A stretch of DNA of 64,000 nucleotides, taken from the NCBI RefSeq assembly GCF_001194135.2, contig NC_068987.1, positions 36,013,400-36,077,399 of the forward strand. The letters run 5' to 3'. This document shows positions 13,546 to 26,495 of this stretch, piece after piece. The notes under the pieces are model-generated. The model ran no database searches and was not told the DNA's origin. It saw nothing but the letters and a program-made list of their open reading frames with translations. The position numbers were made by a program, and so were the translations under genes. The stretch's first letter is position 1, and each line of letters opens with the position of its first letter. Source of the DNA: Octopus bimaculoides. Taxonomy: Eukaryota.

Positions 13546-14929
13546 TAATATGTATGCTTCATTTGTCAGTATTTAGTTGGTGCCATCTATTGCTGCTTTC
13601 ACATATTGGTGTTCTACCTTATTCATACAGAATTTAAGAAACGAATTCTTCTAACCTGTCATTTCTCTTAATTATGCAATACATTGTCTCACAATTTCTT
13701 TCTTCTTCCGCCTCTCTCTCTCTGTTACACACATACACATGCACACACATGCATATGCTTGAGCACATCTTACTATCTACCACCTTCTTACTTTCAGGCA
13801 TTTAAAACTATGCAGAAGCAGTTTCTACATCACCACTTTATATACGAAGAAACCTGACCAATCTGCAGATAGTTTCTGGTGTCTTCGACATTTTATAACA
13901 GTGCGGCAAATTCATTCTGCCTGATCACTAAAACCTATTACTCAGATATAGACTCAAACTGAAATCATTACTATCAAATCGAGTTGAGACATTATACGAA
14001 CAAAAATTCCTCAAGAGGAAACAAGCTTTGTGTAGGCATCTATCTCAAAACTATTTGAAAGACGAATCAAAATTCCATCCAGCAAGATTTGAAGTTCCGC
14101 CGTTCACTACATTCAGCAGATTTTTTCAGGATTCCCACGTATTTTCTAAACATAAATAGCATGATTGATATATTCCCCACTTGCAGATAATCACTATATC
14201 TCATTAGATCTTTAAAAGGAACAATGCTACCAATTTACTGCTTGCTTATTACCAGAGCCTGGGTTTGACTTTGCTAAGATTTTGGAATCTATTTTTCTCA
14301 CATTTATCATTTTACTTATGTTTACTATTACTTTAGAAAACACATAAACTATTCTAGACCGAAATATCATTTAAGTATTTATTCACAACCACAGATCACG
14401 AAACTTCAAACTGCTGAGGCTTTCTATTGCATTAGTTGTAGTACATAAATTATAAACAATTATTCCTGTACATATGTTAGAAAGCACAAAAAAATATATA
14501 GCTCACAAGTGGAATATTTCAACGAAGATTTACGCTACTTGGAATGAAGTAATAATATGGAAATATAATCTTTAAAAAATTAGAAAAGAAAAAGTACTAT
14601 CGATACTGACAGTTGTTCCAAATCAAGCCTTGATTGTATTGTTCCTGAATACTTAGTTCTGCATTATCGTGGCATGTTTGGATAGTTTCAGTTTAGAGTT
14701 GATTCCATTTCTTATAGATGTAATTCATGAATATTTCTAGCAAAATGTGAGTGAAACATTATATGAACTATGCACACATTCAAATAAACATATGCTAGCA
14801 CACTTCGTTTTCCTAAACAGTTAACATACCAATAGGCGATATTCGAAAATAATATATTTCAAAGACATGAAAGCGCAGCGAGGAATTAAATGTCGATTGA
14901 TGTGACACTGAAATGTTAAAACGAGAAGG

Positions 14930-15145
14930 ATGAGAGAGAGAAAGAGAGTGAGAGAGCGCGAGAGAGAGAAAGGGAGAGCGAGAGAGAGAGAAAGGGAGTG
15001 CGAGAGAAAGAGAAAGGGAGAGCGAGAGAAAGAGAAAGGGAGAGCGAGAGAGAGAGAAAGTGAGAGCGAGAGAGAGAGAAAGGGAGAGCGAGAGAGAGAG
15101 AAAGGGAGAGCGAGAGAGAGAGAAAGGGAGAGCGAGAGAGTGAGG
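14930..15145. repeat. GA-rich minisatellite (about 20-22 bp unit gagagagagaaagggagagc)
   Basis: Repeated aaagggagagcgagagagag units. Confidence 0.9.
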
Positions 15146-15877
15146 TGAGGAGATCTATTCGCTAAACTACCGTAAAAAATAACATAGTAGAAATAAGGTT
15201 CACATATTTACGAAAACACATAAAAGCATGTTACATGAGGCTGCATATGTGCATGATTGTATGTTAGTTTCATTATGCATCGTGTAATTACATGATAATC
15301 ATTATTGATGTTTCTACATACATAGACAGTTATGTATGTGTGCGTGAGTTTGTGCGTTCGTGTGTGTGTGTGTGACCTTATACGTATGTATGTATTTGTG
15401 TCTCAGGTATTAACGACTGTATGTATAATCATGTACTGATACATGTATAAAAAGAAGCAGATGTCTCTGATTCAAGCTATGTGTGTGAAATCATTTTTTT
15501 TATCTACACAGCAGTCACGTACATACCATCTACGTCCATATTATGTGATGTTGTTTGCAGGTTCTTTCTAAAATTCTTACTGCATACTCTTCATTAGAGT
15601 CCATTTGAACAAAGCTTACAACTTGGCTGAACTTTAAAAATCTACAAGACCCTAATCCTCTGATCCTCTTTTATCTGCTTCTAAGATTGTGTTCTGCATA
15701 AACTACGTATATTTTAATAGTTACTTTTCTTGTGTGTATTTAATTTTTTTCTTTCACATTTTGTTTGATTTTCTTTTTATTCTTTAGTAATGGAATCATA
15801 CAAAGCATCTAAGGGACGCACGTGTAACCCAGTCTCTCTCAATCTCCATTTTTACCTCTTTCTCTGCCATACGTATG

Positions 15878-15925
<48 letters not shown>

Positions 15926-16021
15926 CATATATATGTATGTGTATATATATATATACACACACACATACATATATATGTATACATATAATGCATATATGTA
16001 TAAATATATAATGTGAGTGCA

Positions 16022-16069
<48 letters not shown>

Positions 16070-16773
16070 GCTTATACATGTATATGTGTGTGCTTGTATG
16101 TATGTGTGTGTGTTTATTCTATCAAAGATTTTAACAACTGTTGTATTTGTTCCTTTTATTTGTTTTTTTAGTAAAGCCGCATATGATGACGATGTGGAAA
16201 AAGAAGAAAGATCATGTGAGATTCATTCTTTCCATTAGCATTGATATTGGCATAAAATGTGATCACCTTAAAGGAGAATACACACTGTGTAAGCGTTTCA
16301 TCTTGTTGATAGCTTACATTTTGTTTTATGATGCTTTTTTCACTTTATAGAACAATTTAGACATAGATGCTTGCAGAAGACAACTGAGAGTTTCAAAGTT
16401 GTCACGGGAACTACTAGTAAACAAATTATACTCTCATTCCCTCATATGGTGCGGTGATGCTTTATTTTAAAGTAGATTTTAATGTAGATTTTAAATATCT
16501 AATAACACAGTGGAGCTCGGTAGATTCATGGATGCAATATCGCTAATGACCGATCTGCTCTAAGACCAGGTTTTCACAGCAATATTTTGATGCTACACAT
16601 GGCAAATAAAATATCCTCTCGTCACCATTTGAGTGAATATAAATAGCAGCTAAAAATTCTTCACATATTACCTAAATGCAGAAGATGACAGTTTCTCCTC
16701 CCTCACACACACCATTCTCTCTCTCTCTCTCTGTTTCTCTGACTCTCTCTGACTCTCGCTCTCTCTTTGTTTC

Positions 16774-16813
<40 letters not shown>

Positions 16814-17039
16814 CATATATCAGTGGGTTGATGCATTGTAATGTCAAAAGAAAAATCATAGTCTACTTACTCACCGCCATATTTTGGGAAATGGTTTCTC
16901 GTGTTATTAAAATATTAAGGTTGAAAATACCCCTTATTTCTCCTTAGCCATTTATCCTCATGTGAGTATTTCACGGAGAAGCTGATAATGTCACTTATTT
17001 TTATTAAGATACTCACAAATGTGAAAAGGAGTTACTCAC

Positions 17040-17173
17040 AATTGTCTTAATGTACAATAATCCGCCAGGTGTAATATCTTTGGAAAAGTGTAGCTTCGTT
17101 ACGATCAGTAGTTTCCAAATTGATGCAGTGTAATTCTCTAAGTCAGTCTGCAGGAATCCAAGATTCGTTTGTT
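17040..17173 (-). CDS. Candidate internal exon (EQTNLGFLQTDLENYTASIWKLLIVTKLHFSKDITPGGLLYIKTI), unidentified
   Basis: tttgaatttatttcag acceptor, gtgagt donor, one open frame, non-repetitive context. Confidence 0.3.
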
Positions 17174-17631
17174 CTGAAATAAATTCAAACCATTTTATCA
17201 ATTCACTATTAGTTTATTTCACTGAAAGACGAAGTGAGACTCTGTATGATTTTTATGACAGAGGCTCATACTCGTGATGTCGATATCAGATGCAATTTCA
17301 TTTATACGTATGGCCATTGGATTGCTTCAGAAAACCAGGCTACGTAGACTCTCAATAAAATCAGACCTTTCCAGTTAGTGAAGTTCTGTGCATCAGTCTG
17401 TCTGTAGGTGAGAAAATATTCTCTCTCCTGAGATGCTGATTTTCATTTAAAATATTCCAATAAGTTTTCTTTTGCTTTTTGCTGTTGATGGCGTGTAAGT
17501 TAAATGATCGTAACATTTACTTTCTATCATTGTTGCAAAAATCAAATACTTTTGTCGTAGTTGTAAAGATTCTTTACATTTTTATATTACTTTATTTTAT
17601 TTTACTTTGCGCTGAGATGTGTAGAACTTGC

Positions 17632-17677
<46 letters not shown>

Positions 17678-17689
17678 TTATTAGGAGTA

Positions 17690-18010
17690 CTTTTTTTTCA
17701 ATAATCAACTTTTGTTGGATTTCCTGGAGCCCTGCATGCGTAGAGGGCTTTCTAGTGGCAACTTATGGTGCTATGCTATGTGTTCTTACCAACTATCTGA
17801 TACTTTTCTGATTCTTCTGGCCGTGGCAAGGAGACAAACATTTTGTAACAACTCTACTGGGAACTATATTATGATATCTTTTATATTCCTAGTGATGCTA
17901 TTTGATACAGTGCCCAAGGACCCAACAATAATTGGCACTATCTTCACCTTCTTCATTTTCCATAGTTGCGCTGTTTCATATTTACGGGTACTGTATATGT
18001 CTATTTTTTA
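17690..18010 (-). mobile_element. 3' end of a REL-endonuclease LINE (R4/Dong-like)
   Basis: LWKMKKVKIVPIIVGSLGTVS...LLQNVCLLATARRIRKV, typical of the REL LINE C-terminus. Confidence 0.75.
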
Positions 18011-18384
18011 CCTTCCATCTTGACTATTCGTGGGTCAAAGGGGCAAGCAACATCAGTTATATAGCACATGTGAAAGGTCACCAACAATAGATACGCCTTT
18101 GTGTATTCTAGCATTTAGATTGGAAAATCTGAAACGATTTTGGAGGTTTCTAACTCCGACACCATCTTCGGTTTTGTGCTCATATCATGTTTTGACGTTC
18201 TCTAGACTTCACTTTTCGCATAATTTCTAATGTAGAATTTTCTCTACCTCATCATGTCGCCAAAACGTATAGTGATTTTTTGGCAAGTCAAGGATATTCG
18301 TTCACGATATGAGTAATGGTTTCGTCCACTCTATTACAGAGGCAGGAGAGTGGGGGGGCATGCTCATTCCTAATGTGACATCAT

Positions 18385-18495
18385 AACCATCATCGTCGTC
18401 ATCATCATCATCATCATCATCGTCGTCGTCGTCATTATCATCATCATCATCATCATCATCATCATAATCATCATCATCATCATCATCATCATCAT
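18385..18495. repeat. (CAT)/(CGT)n microsatellite at the 3' tail of the adjacent LINE
   Basis: Direct trinucleotide run. Confidence 0.95.
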
Positions 18496-21170
18496 TTTAT
18501 ATACGCACAACAGATTAGCCCTAACATCGGGCTGTAACGAGTAAATTTAGATGTCAAGAACCTTCCTAAGTATCCTAGCTGTCCCTAATAATTCCGTTTT
18601 CTGGGGTTGCAATAAACTCGGTTTTATGCCTATTCCCCCTATCTATCTTTTCAAATCAGTATCGATTGATTCTAATACACCTATAGATACAGGGATACAT
18701 TTTATCCACACTTTCACTTGCTTTTGTTATTTATTGACTAGATCCTGGCACTTTGCTATTTTCTATAATTTGTTTCTCATCATTTGGGATGTAAAGTCAA
18801 GTACCCACTAGTTTCTCTTCTCTTTATCCATTACTACTAAATCAGGCTCTGTCATTTTTATCATCCTGTCGTTCTGAATGTAAAAATCCCACACTTTCGT
18901 AATTTCTAATACTTTATTAAGTTCATGTTCATGCCACCTATCACTATATTAAAATCCTAGCTTTCTACATCCACCCCCAGTGGATTATTGTTTCTAGGTT
19001 ATCATTTCTATTTCAGCATACTATGTTCACTAACTATATGAGTAGCACTTCCCTCCTTCGGTTTACATAACCTACATTGGTAATCTACCTGATTTTAGTC
19101 TATCTTCGCTTTTATCCAATTAGTTGTCAATGCTTGATATCATACTGCTTCTAGCAAATATTCTCTCTCCCATTTCAGCCTTCCTTTCTGCAATCAGAAC
19201 CATGTCTCCCTACTATTTTTTTTCTGCCACTATCTTTGGAAATCTACCATGCAAAGCCTTCTCTTTCCAGTCAGATGATCTCCCGTTTTCTGGATTCTCA
19301 GCCCATTTTCTTTCCGGTTCCTGAATCTACTACTATTACAACTTTTAATAATCTTTCCTCAGTATAACTACATAAGTATCTCTATCTACTCTTACTATCT
19401 CAACAAAATTTTCAGCTGATATTAATTAGACCTCTACCACCTTAATATCTAGGTAACTATAGTTTTGACATTCCTGCTCTTTTATGAAATCTTCTATTCA
19501 TATTGAATCCCGTCTTAGTTTTGTCTAGATTTGCTTGAGGGGAATTAAGCATAACATAAATATGAAAGAGGATGACGAGTCCCCTTGAAAAATTCTTCTG
19601 TTAATATTAAGTTTCCATTAGGCTCTGTCACCAGTGTAGAGATCTACTTTCCCTTTTTCAATATCATAAATAATTAAATATCTTTCTGTATTGTCTGAAA
19701 TAATGAATATTCTCAAATATTCACTCATCCATGAGTGTGGAGTCATGTAATAGGCTTTCTTACCATCTATTCATGATATTGTCAAATCATTTTTGTAGAT
19801 TCCAATGCATTATCTATGTATAATAGGTTATGTTTTCTTCTTGCGTTCATCCTGCAACTTACCTATTGTTCTGGAAATAGTTCTGGCTGTCAAGGTACTT
19901 ATAAATGTTTTCTGAAACCATTCCTGTTTACAGTTTGCATACCAATGACAAGCAACTGATTCGTATATAATTACTAGCTATATTGCCCTTGATTTTGTCT
20001 CTCATAAGACGTACTGTTCTCTCTGTAGTCATCCCATTAGGTACAAATCCCTCCATTCAGGCAATCCTGAAGTTGTCCCCTCAGTCTCCCATGTAAGCTA
20101 CTAAATTCCTTTAGCCAGTACCCTTGAATTAAATCTAGCCCTTCCAATTCGGCCTACTACCGAACACATCTCTCATAAATGCACTTGTTAATTTTAGATC
20201 TGGCTGCTTATCACTAACTAGTTCATTCCTCACTCGCTTTAACCAGGCTGCACCTTCTTCATAGTTAATTAGCCTACGCCAATTATCACTGCTGAACTTT
20301 CTAGCGTCCTCTGTATTACTTTTCTCATATTCAGAACATTTTGTACACAATTTATCTGGCTATGAAAATCTCTTGTGATGTGTCTCAATTTGTTCTGTTG
20401 ATACGGATCTATTCTTTTCTCATATCTGGAACACTTAAAACTTACCTCCTAGCGTTATGATACGCTGTTTCAACACCTTCATGTCTATCACAAATCCCTT
20501 CTCTTTGATTAGGTATATTTTCTCAAAACAAGATTTAAATCATGTGCTTCCTAGTTTGTTCAGTTTCCAGGCTTCTATTTTACTCAGATCTTCTCTTAAA
20601 TTCTTCACTATATTTCCTAATTTTTTTATCCACATCTGCCTTCTCCTAATCTTTCCTTAAGAATATCTAATCTTGTAGTAGTTTCTACCCCTCCTATATA
20701 GATCAATAAATTAGTGTCACCTATTTTTTTCAGTATCTATTCTACTGATTAAAAAATCTACTTTCCTGATCATATCTATCAACATCCTTTTAATGACACC
20801 TGGTAATGCTGGTTATCTTTCTTTTTCTTTCTTCTATACTCATTGCTTCCTGCAACTCATCTAAAATCTTCGGATCTTCCTCACTAATGTCGCTTTAGTC
20901 GCTTAAGTCGCTTGTCCCATCATGATCGATAGTGCTATCATTATATTTTCCCTTCCCCCTTCCAATCGTGTCATCCACTTTCTTCTAATAATATTAGTTT
21001 TATCAACTATCTTTCCTCAGTCATTTTAAGCATAACCTTCTCTATCCAAAGTCTTGACTTCCGTTTTCTATAACCTCCATTTTATCATCCATTTCTTTCA
21101 CTGGTCCTCTTCCTTCTCCTTATTCTATTATCTGCTGAAGCTGTCTTAAGATAAAAGTTGTGGTCAGTCT
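18496..21170 (-). mobile_element. Decayed near-full-length R4/Dong-like non-LTR retrotransposon (RT plus REL endonuclease)
   Basis: Minus-strand motifs in the expected order: SRPNWKG, TTERTVRLMRDKIKGNIASNYIRISCL, RRIFQGDSSS..FMLCLIPL, EPDLVVMDKEK (PD..D), QKTELLGTARILRKVLDI*; many stops and frameshifts. Confidence 0.85.
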
Positions 21171-22161
21171 ACATCGTTACTGAACTACTGCCGAGCGAGA
21201 GGCCTTCTCTTAAAGGTCCAATATCAGATTTTCTGAGCAAACTCTTGACTATCATAAACTGAGATAAGGTAAAGTTTCTCATCATCGTCATCACCGCTAT
21301 TATTATTCAGCGTCTGAGCGTTTTAAGTTTCTATTGCATCACTTACTACACTTTCGTGCTGTTGAGGTATGTGCAGCATTGCATTTTGTTTCGTTTTGTC
21401 CTTTGGAGAGTATTGTATTGCATGACCATATTTTGTTGCGGGGATTGGTTTGATACTTCTGTTATAGTAATGTTTATATTGCCTGTTGTGCGTGTGGTGA
21501 GAGTTGTGTTCTTCTGTTTCGTATCAAGCAACTATGCCATAAGTTGTGGGCGCCGTTCATTTTATTGGATATTTTCTGTATAAGTTTATTTCTACGTATT
21601 TTGAGTAAAGTGTTGCATTATAGTTTGCATATAATACTGAATCGTAGTCGTCGTCATCTGTTCATCGTTATCGTTTGGTCTTGTTATTCGTTTGGGCAGT
21701 GACATTAAGATATGTGTTTCCTCTTTATAACGTTGAGTTTTCGACAGATGTGTGCTTAAGATTCTTTTGCATCGCGATTGCCCGAGGTTCACAGAAGGAA
21801 ATTCACCGCCAACTCTTTCTCCTTTATTCTGTGTTTATGGCATTATCATCAAACAACGATCTGAATTGTTCCTTTCAACTTTCCAGAAGCAATGAAACTT
21901 GACAACTCTTTTGTTAAAGACCTTTAAATACTGTGCCTTTGGTGCTTGTTTTCTACGCATCCGTGTGTGGGATTTATAAGCGAGAAACTGAAGAACAGAG
22001 AAACAGAAATATGCTTATACGTAGAGGATTTGTAGAAATAGCAGTGCATATGCGAGTAAGAATTTACTCACATATTCGCGTTTTGGTGCAGAGGTATTGC
22101 AGTCCGTATGTTTATATTTCCATGTAGGTTTTGCTGTGGCGGTACATTTGAGAGAAGCTAT

Positions 22162-22243
<82 letters not shown>

Positions 22244-22259
22244 CCTGGTATATCCGCAT

Positions 22260-23830
22260 CTAATACTACTATAAAATTCTATTATAACTACATTTAACTA
22301 TTTTCCTCGTAATTTTTTAGGAGATTACATACTGCGTGGGGGTTATAATTTTATATAGTTTTCATTTTATTATACGTAATGTTAAGCGTATGTCGGCATT
22401 TTTTCCTCTCACGACTGGAGTATTTTCATAAACTCTGTTGTGCATAATAAGCACATTTTATTACCTATTCTATATGACTTCGCTCTACAAATGATATTCC
22501 AATTAAGGGTGTATTCTATTTTATTGGACTTCAACTCCCATATGTATTTACTTAAACCTGTCGAATTTCTTACTTTAAGATTTCTGAAGGACTGATAATG
22601 CTGGGAAATTCTTCTTTTAATTTCATTCGCTGTGAATCTTATATCTTCTTTCTTCTTATACTTATTATTAGAGGTTACTGTACGTTTATAAATTACGTTA
22701 TCTAGGTTGCAATAATTATTAAGCCTACATTTGGATTTGTCTTTACATGTGCATTTATTTAAAATACGGTTATGTTTTTTGTTTGTTATATTTCTTCCAT
22801 ACCTATTGTTAATATTATTTAAATTGTTATCATAGAATATGTTTAATTTGATATTGTTTATTGGGGATATAATACTACTTAGATTTTTTGTTGTAGAATA
22901 GCCCACTTTGATAGTTTTGTTTGAGAATAATTTCGAGTATATTTTGTTCTTTTTAAGGAAGTTTTTATTATGTTCAGTATTTCTTTCATTATGTTAGTTT
23001 TGATTATCCCATAAGGGAGAATTAATAATATAATTCCCTTAAGTTTATTATTATTATAATTAATATTACTAGTATTATAATTCTTCGTATTAATTTTTGT
23101 TCGTTGTCAGTGTATTCTTCGTGGGTATATAATAATTCTACTTATTTCCATTGGAATTATTTTTGGTATTATCCTTACTATGATCATTTTTCTTATTATT
23201 CTTATTTATACGTATATAATAATTATCTTTACTTACTTCCTTATATTGTTTATTGGTACCTTTGCTATTAATTCTAGATGATTACTAGTATTATTATTGG
23301 GTCCGTAATTATTATAGAATTTAATTTTCGTATTATATCCTGCTTCTTTTAATGCACTATTATAGTAAGAGGCATGCTTATTAAAAGTATCTATATCCGA
23401 AAATATTATACAAATTCTTTCATCTATATTTTCTATAACTGCTTATTGACTAAGATAGGATGGTTGCTATGGGCATTAAAGCACTTAAAGTTCTCCTTTA
23501 ATTTATGGAATGGTTGTCTTTTATAATTACTAAGTTTAGGTTTGCATCTATGTTCTTAACCACAGAATGATCTTTTGTAATGAATATATCTAAACCATAT
23601 TTCTGAAAGAATTTGCATAGTTTTTCATTATATTTTCTAATGGTCTATTAGTGCACTTTTTATTTATAAGGTGTAGGTCGTCCCTATAAAGACCTCCTTC
23701 TATGTTAAGATGTTTTAACCGAAGTTCAGATAATAGGTAAATTCCTATTAAATTTGTTATTTGTGCAGTCTGGGGCACCCATGGGTATATCAAAGAATCC
23801 TAAAATAAGAGTTATGATCTCTTGGTAAAA
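22260..23830 (-). mobile_element. 5'-truncated Penelope-like element (RT C-half plus GIY-YIG)
   Basis: FDIPMGAPD/QITNLIGIYLL...GGLYRDD (RT); CRLNNYCNLDNVIYKRTV...STGLSKYIWELK...CLLCTTE and a terminal CRH motif (GIY-YIG region). Confidence 0.9.
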
Positions 23831-23834
23831 TCCC

Positions 23835-23890
23835 AAATAATAATATTAATAATAATAATAATAATAACAATAATAATAATAATAATAATA

Positions 23891-23979
<89 letters not shown>
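23835..23979. repeat. (AAT)n switching to (ATT)n microsatellite
   Basis: Direct; orientation flips near 23891. Confidence 0.95.
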
Positions 23980-23984
<5 letters not shown>

Positions 23985-24094
23985 CACCTTCTATGAAGAA
24001 AAATATACAGGTTTCCTAAGATAACTTACTTTAAAACATACTTTTCTGTCAGTGATTTTGCGGAATGTAAACCCGTGATACGTGATGGTTTCAG

Positions 24095-24240
24095 ATGGCA
24101 GAAACGTTAGCACGCGGGCGAAATGCTTAGTGTAATTTCGTCTACCACTACGTTCTGAGCTCAAATTCCGCCGAGGTACACTTTGCCTTTCATCCCTTCG
24201 GGGACGATTAAATAAGTTACGCACTGGGGTCGATATAATC
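24095..24240 (+). mobile_element. SINE family A
   Basis: tggcagaaacgttagcacgcgggcgaaatgcttag...ttccgccgagg...cactggggtcgat. Confidence 0.9.
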
Positions 24241-24244
24241 TTAT

Positions 24245-25079
24245 ATCTAAGGCAGCAGTTTTAGCATGGGTTTTCATAAGCTTAGCGTTTTCTGTGCTTG
24301 TTTCCTGTACGTCCAATTCAGGGTTTTTGTTGTATTTGGAATGCACTTAGATATTCATTTGCCTGTTATATTACTGAGTATGATGCTTTCTTGTTTTCAT
24401 GCTTTAAGAAAGTTTTAACATCCAATCATCAGAGATTTTCAGTTATATGTTGTGGCCATTTGAGGCAATTTTCAGTGTTAATTCCAGTCGTAAAACTGTA
24501 CGGCCAGCGTCTTTTTTTCTTTTTTGAGGTAAAGTCATTCTATATCTGCCTTAGTGTAGTGCAGTTTATGCATTGTCAACAATTTTCGTATTTTTCTGTC
24601 AACATTACATATTTCAGTAATTGAAGAGTTAATGATATTGAAACTGTAAGTCACGACTGGTATGGCTGAAATATTGATCGCTTCGATCCTGTTTCTTGCA
24701 TTCAGCTCTGTCTTGAGTATTGCTCTTAACCTGCGACAACATTCTATTCTAATGCTTTCCCTCATCACTAAATTTTTCATACCGTCCCCTTCATATGCCC
24801 CTAGGTATTTGTAACTTTCTGCTGGTTCTCACTGCTTTATGAATCTTGGTCAAGATTAACGTTGGGTGTTTTAGTCATTTTTCATTCATAATGCTAACTT
24901 TTGCACATTTATCGAAGCCAAATTGCATCCTGAAGTCATCACTGAATTGTTTAACAAATGCTAGTAAGCCCTGTAGTTGTTGATCATTTTTGCGACGAGC
25001 TTTAAATCATTCATGTAAAAGAGATGATTTATATTTTTATCAAACATTTTATAATCATGCTGTACATCATCGAGCAATT

Positions 25080-25146
<67 letters not shown>

Positions 25147-25270
25147 TAATGCTAGACAAAAGAGGAATGGTGATAGAGAGTCACCATGGAAAATGTCAAA
25201 TAAATTCTTACTTCTCCAGCATTGAGAAATTCATTGTCACTGTTCAAAGTCAGTGTGGTTTTCAATGATC
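24245..25270 (-). mobile_element. R4/Dong-like LINE RT fragment, interrupted by (GA)n at 25081-25142
   Basis: DIFHGDSLSPFLFCLAL; INHLFYMNDLKL; RRLRAILKTELNARNRIEAIN..AIPVVTYSFNIIN...VDRKIRKLLTMHKLHYTKADIE. Confidence 0.88.
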
Positions 25271-25907
25271 TCATACTTACAGACAAGAAGTTAAGTAGAG
25301 TAGGTTCTATCTGATGCATTTCCAGACATTTCTTAATTCAGCTCTTGTGTCGTTTGTGACACTTTTAAAACATCATATTATTGAAGAGAAGGTGATATTT
25401 AAAACCATGGGACCCACGCAGAATAGAATTAGTTCGAAGAGCTTACAGAATATTTAACATCAGGCGACTGCAATATTTAGGAACACTTGAAAGTTCAAAT
25501 TTCAAAAAAATATTCTGAGTCTCCTACACCTTCAGTCATCAAACTAAATGAGGACAATTATATTTGTGAATTATTAACTCACGCCCTGGACGAATAACTA
25601 AAATGACTGGTGAATTTGATTACGTCTACACAGAACTGTTTGACGTAGTATTCATTTTTCCTGTATTTTTTCTTTTTTTCCTCTTTAGTTTTTTCCTTTT
25701 CTGTTCTTTTCCTTTGACCAGTCATGAGAGAGAACACTGTTGGTGTAAATATGAACGCGGGGTTTCCTCGTTTATATTTTGAACATGTATGTTTCTGCGT
25801 TTTATATTTCATTTTGAACCTGAAAAAGACAGGCGATGTATTGAAATATTATTCAAATCTATTAAAGTACACAATCCATTACGAATCGCATTGTGCGCTA
25901 CATACTG

Positions 25908-25923
25908 TCTAATAATAATACTG

Positions 25924-26001
<78 letters not shown>

Positions 26002-26067
26002 TTAGTAATAGTAATAATAGTAATAATAGTAATAATAATAATAGTAGTAATAATAATAATAATAATG

Positions 26068-26152
<85 letters not shown>
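25908..26152. repeat. Long (AAT)n microsatellite
   Basis: Direct trinucleotide run with few interruptions. Confidence 0.97.
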
Positions 26153-26153
<1 letters not shown>

Positions 26154-26413
26154 TGAACAACAATGATCATTAAGGACTTGCCTTAGGTATAATAAAAAAT
26201 ATTCAGACAAATACATAGCAAAAACACCAGGACTTACAAATATATATAACATACAGAAAATGGCACTACTGGGAACTGCACACATCCTACGCAAAACATT
26301 TTCAATGCAGTAACCATAAGAGCATCACAGCAAACCACAGCACATACCCAAGGCACACAGAGCTGCGCTCGGTAGTGAAGTGAAAGCACGTTATAAAAAT
26401 AAAACTACTGAAC
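26153..26413 (+). mobile_element. 3' end of an R4/Dong-like LINE embedded in (AAT)n
   Basis: KYSDKYIAKTPGLTNIYNIQKMALLGTAHILRKTFSMQ* plus a short 3' UTR; (AAT)n on both sides. Confidence 0.85.

Positions 26414-26495
<82 letters not shown>

Noticed and set aside
14030-14160. Cytochrome P450 PERF-like peptide (YLKDESKFHPARF)
   Set aside because: Wrong spacing to upstream motifs, no FxxGxRxCxG, and no splice support.
10561-17401. Cys-loop receptor or DEG/ENaC assignment of the minus-strand exon candidates
   Set aside because: Only loose resemblance (W-x6-W, G-x2-W); no Cys-loop or channel motifs and incompatible phases.
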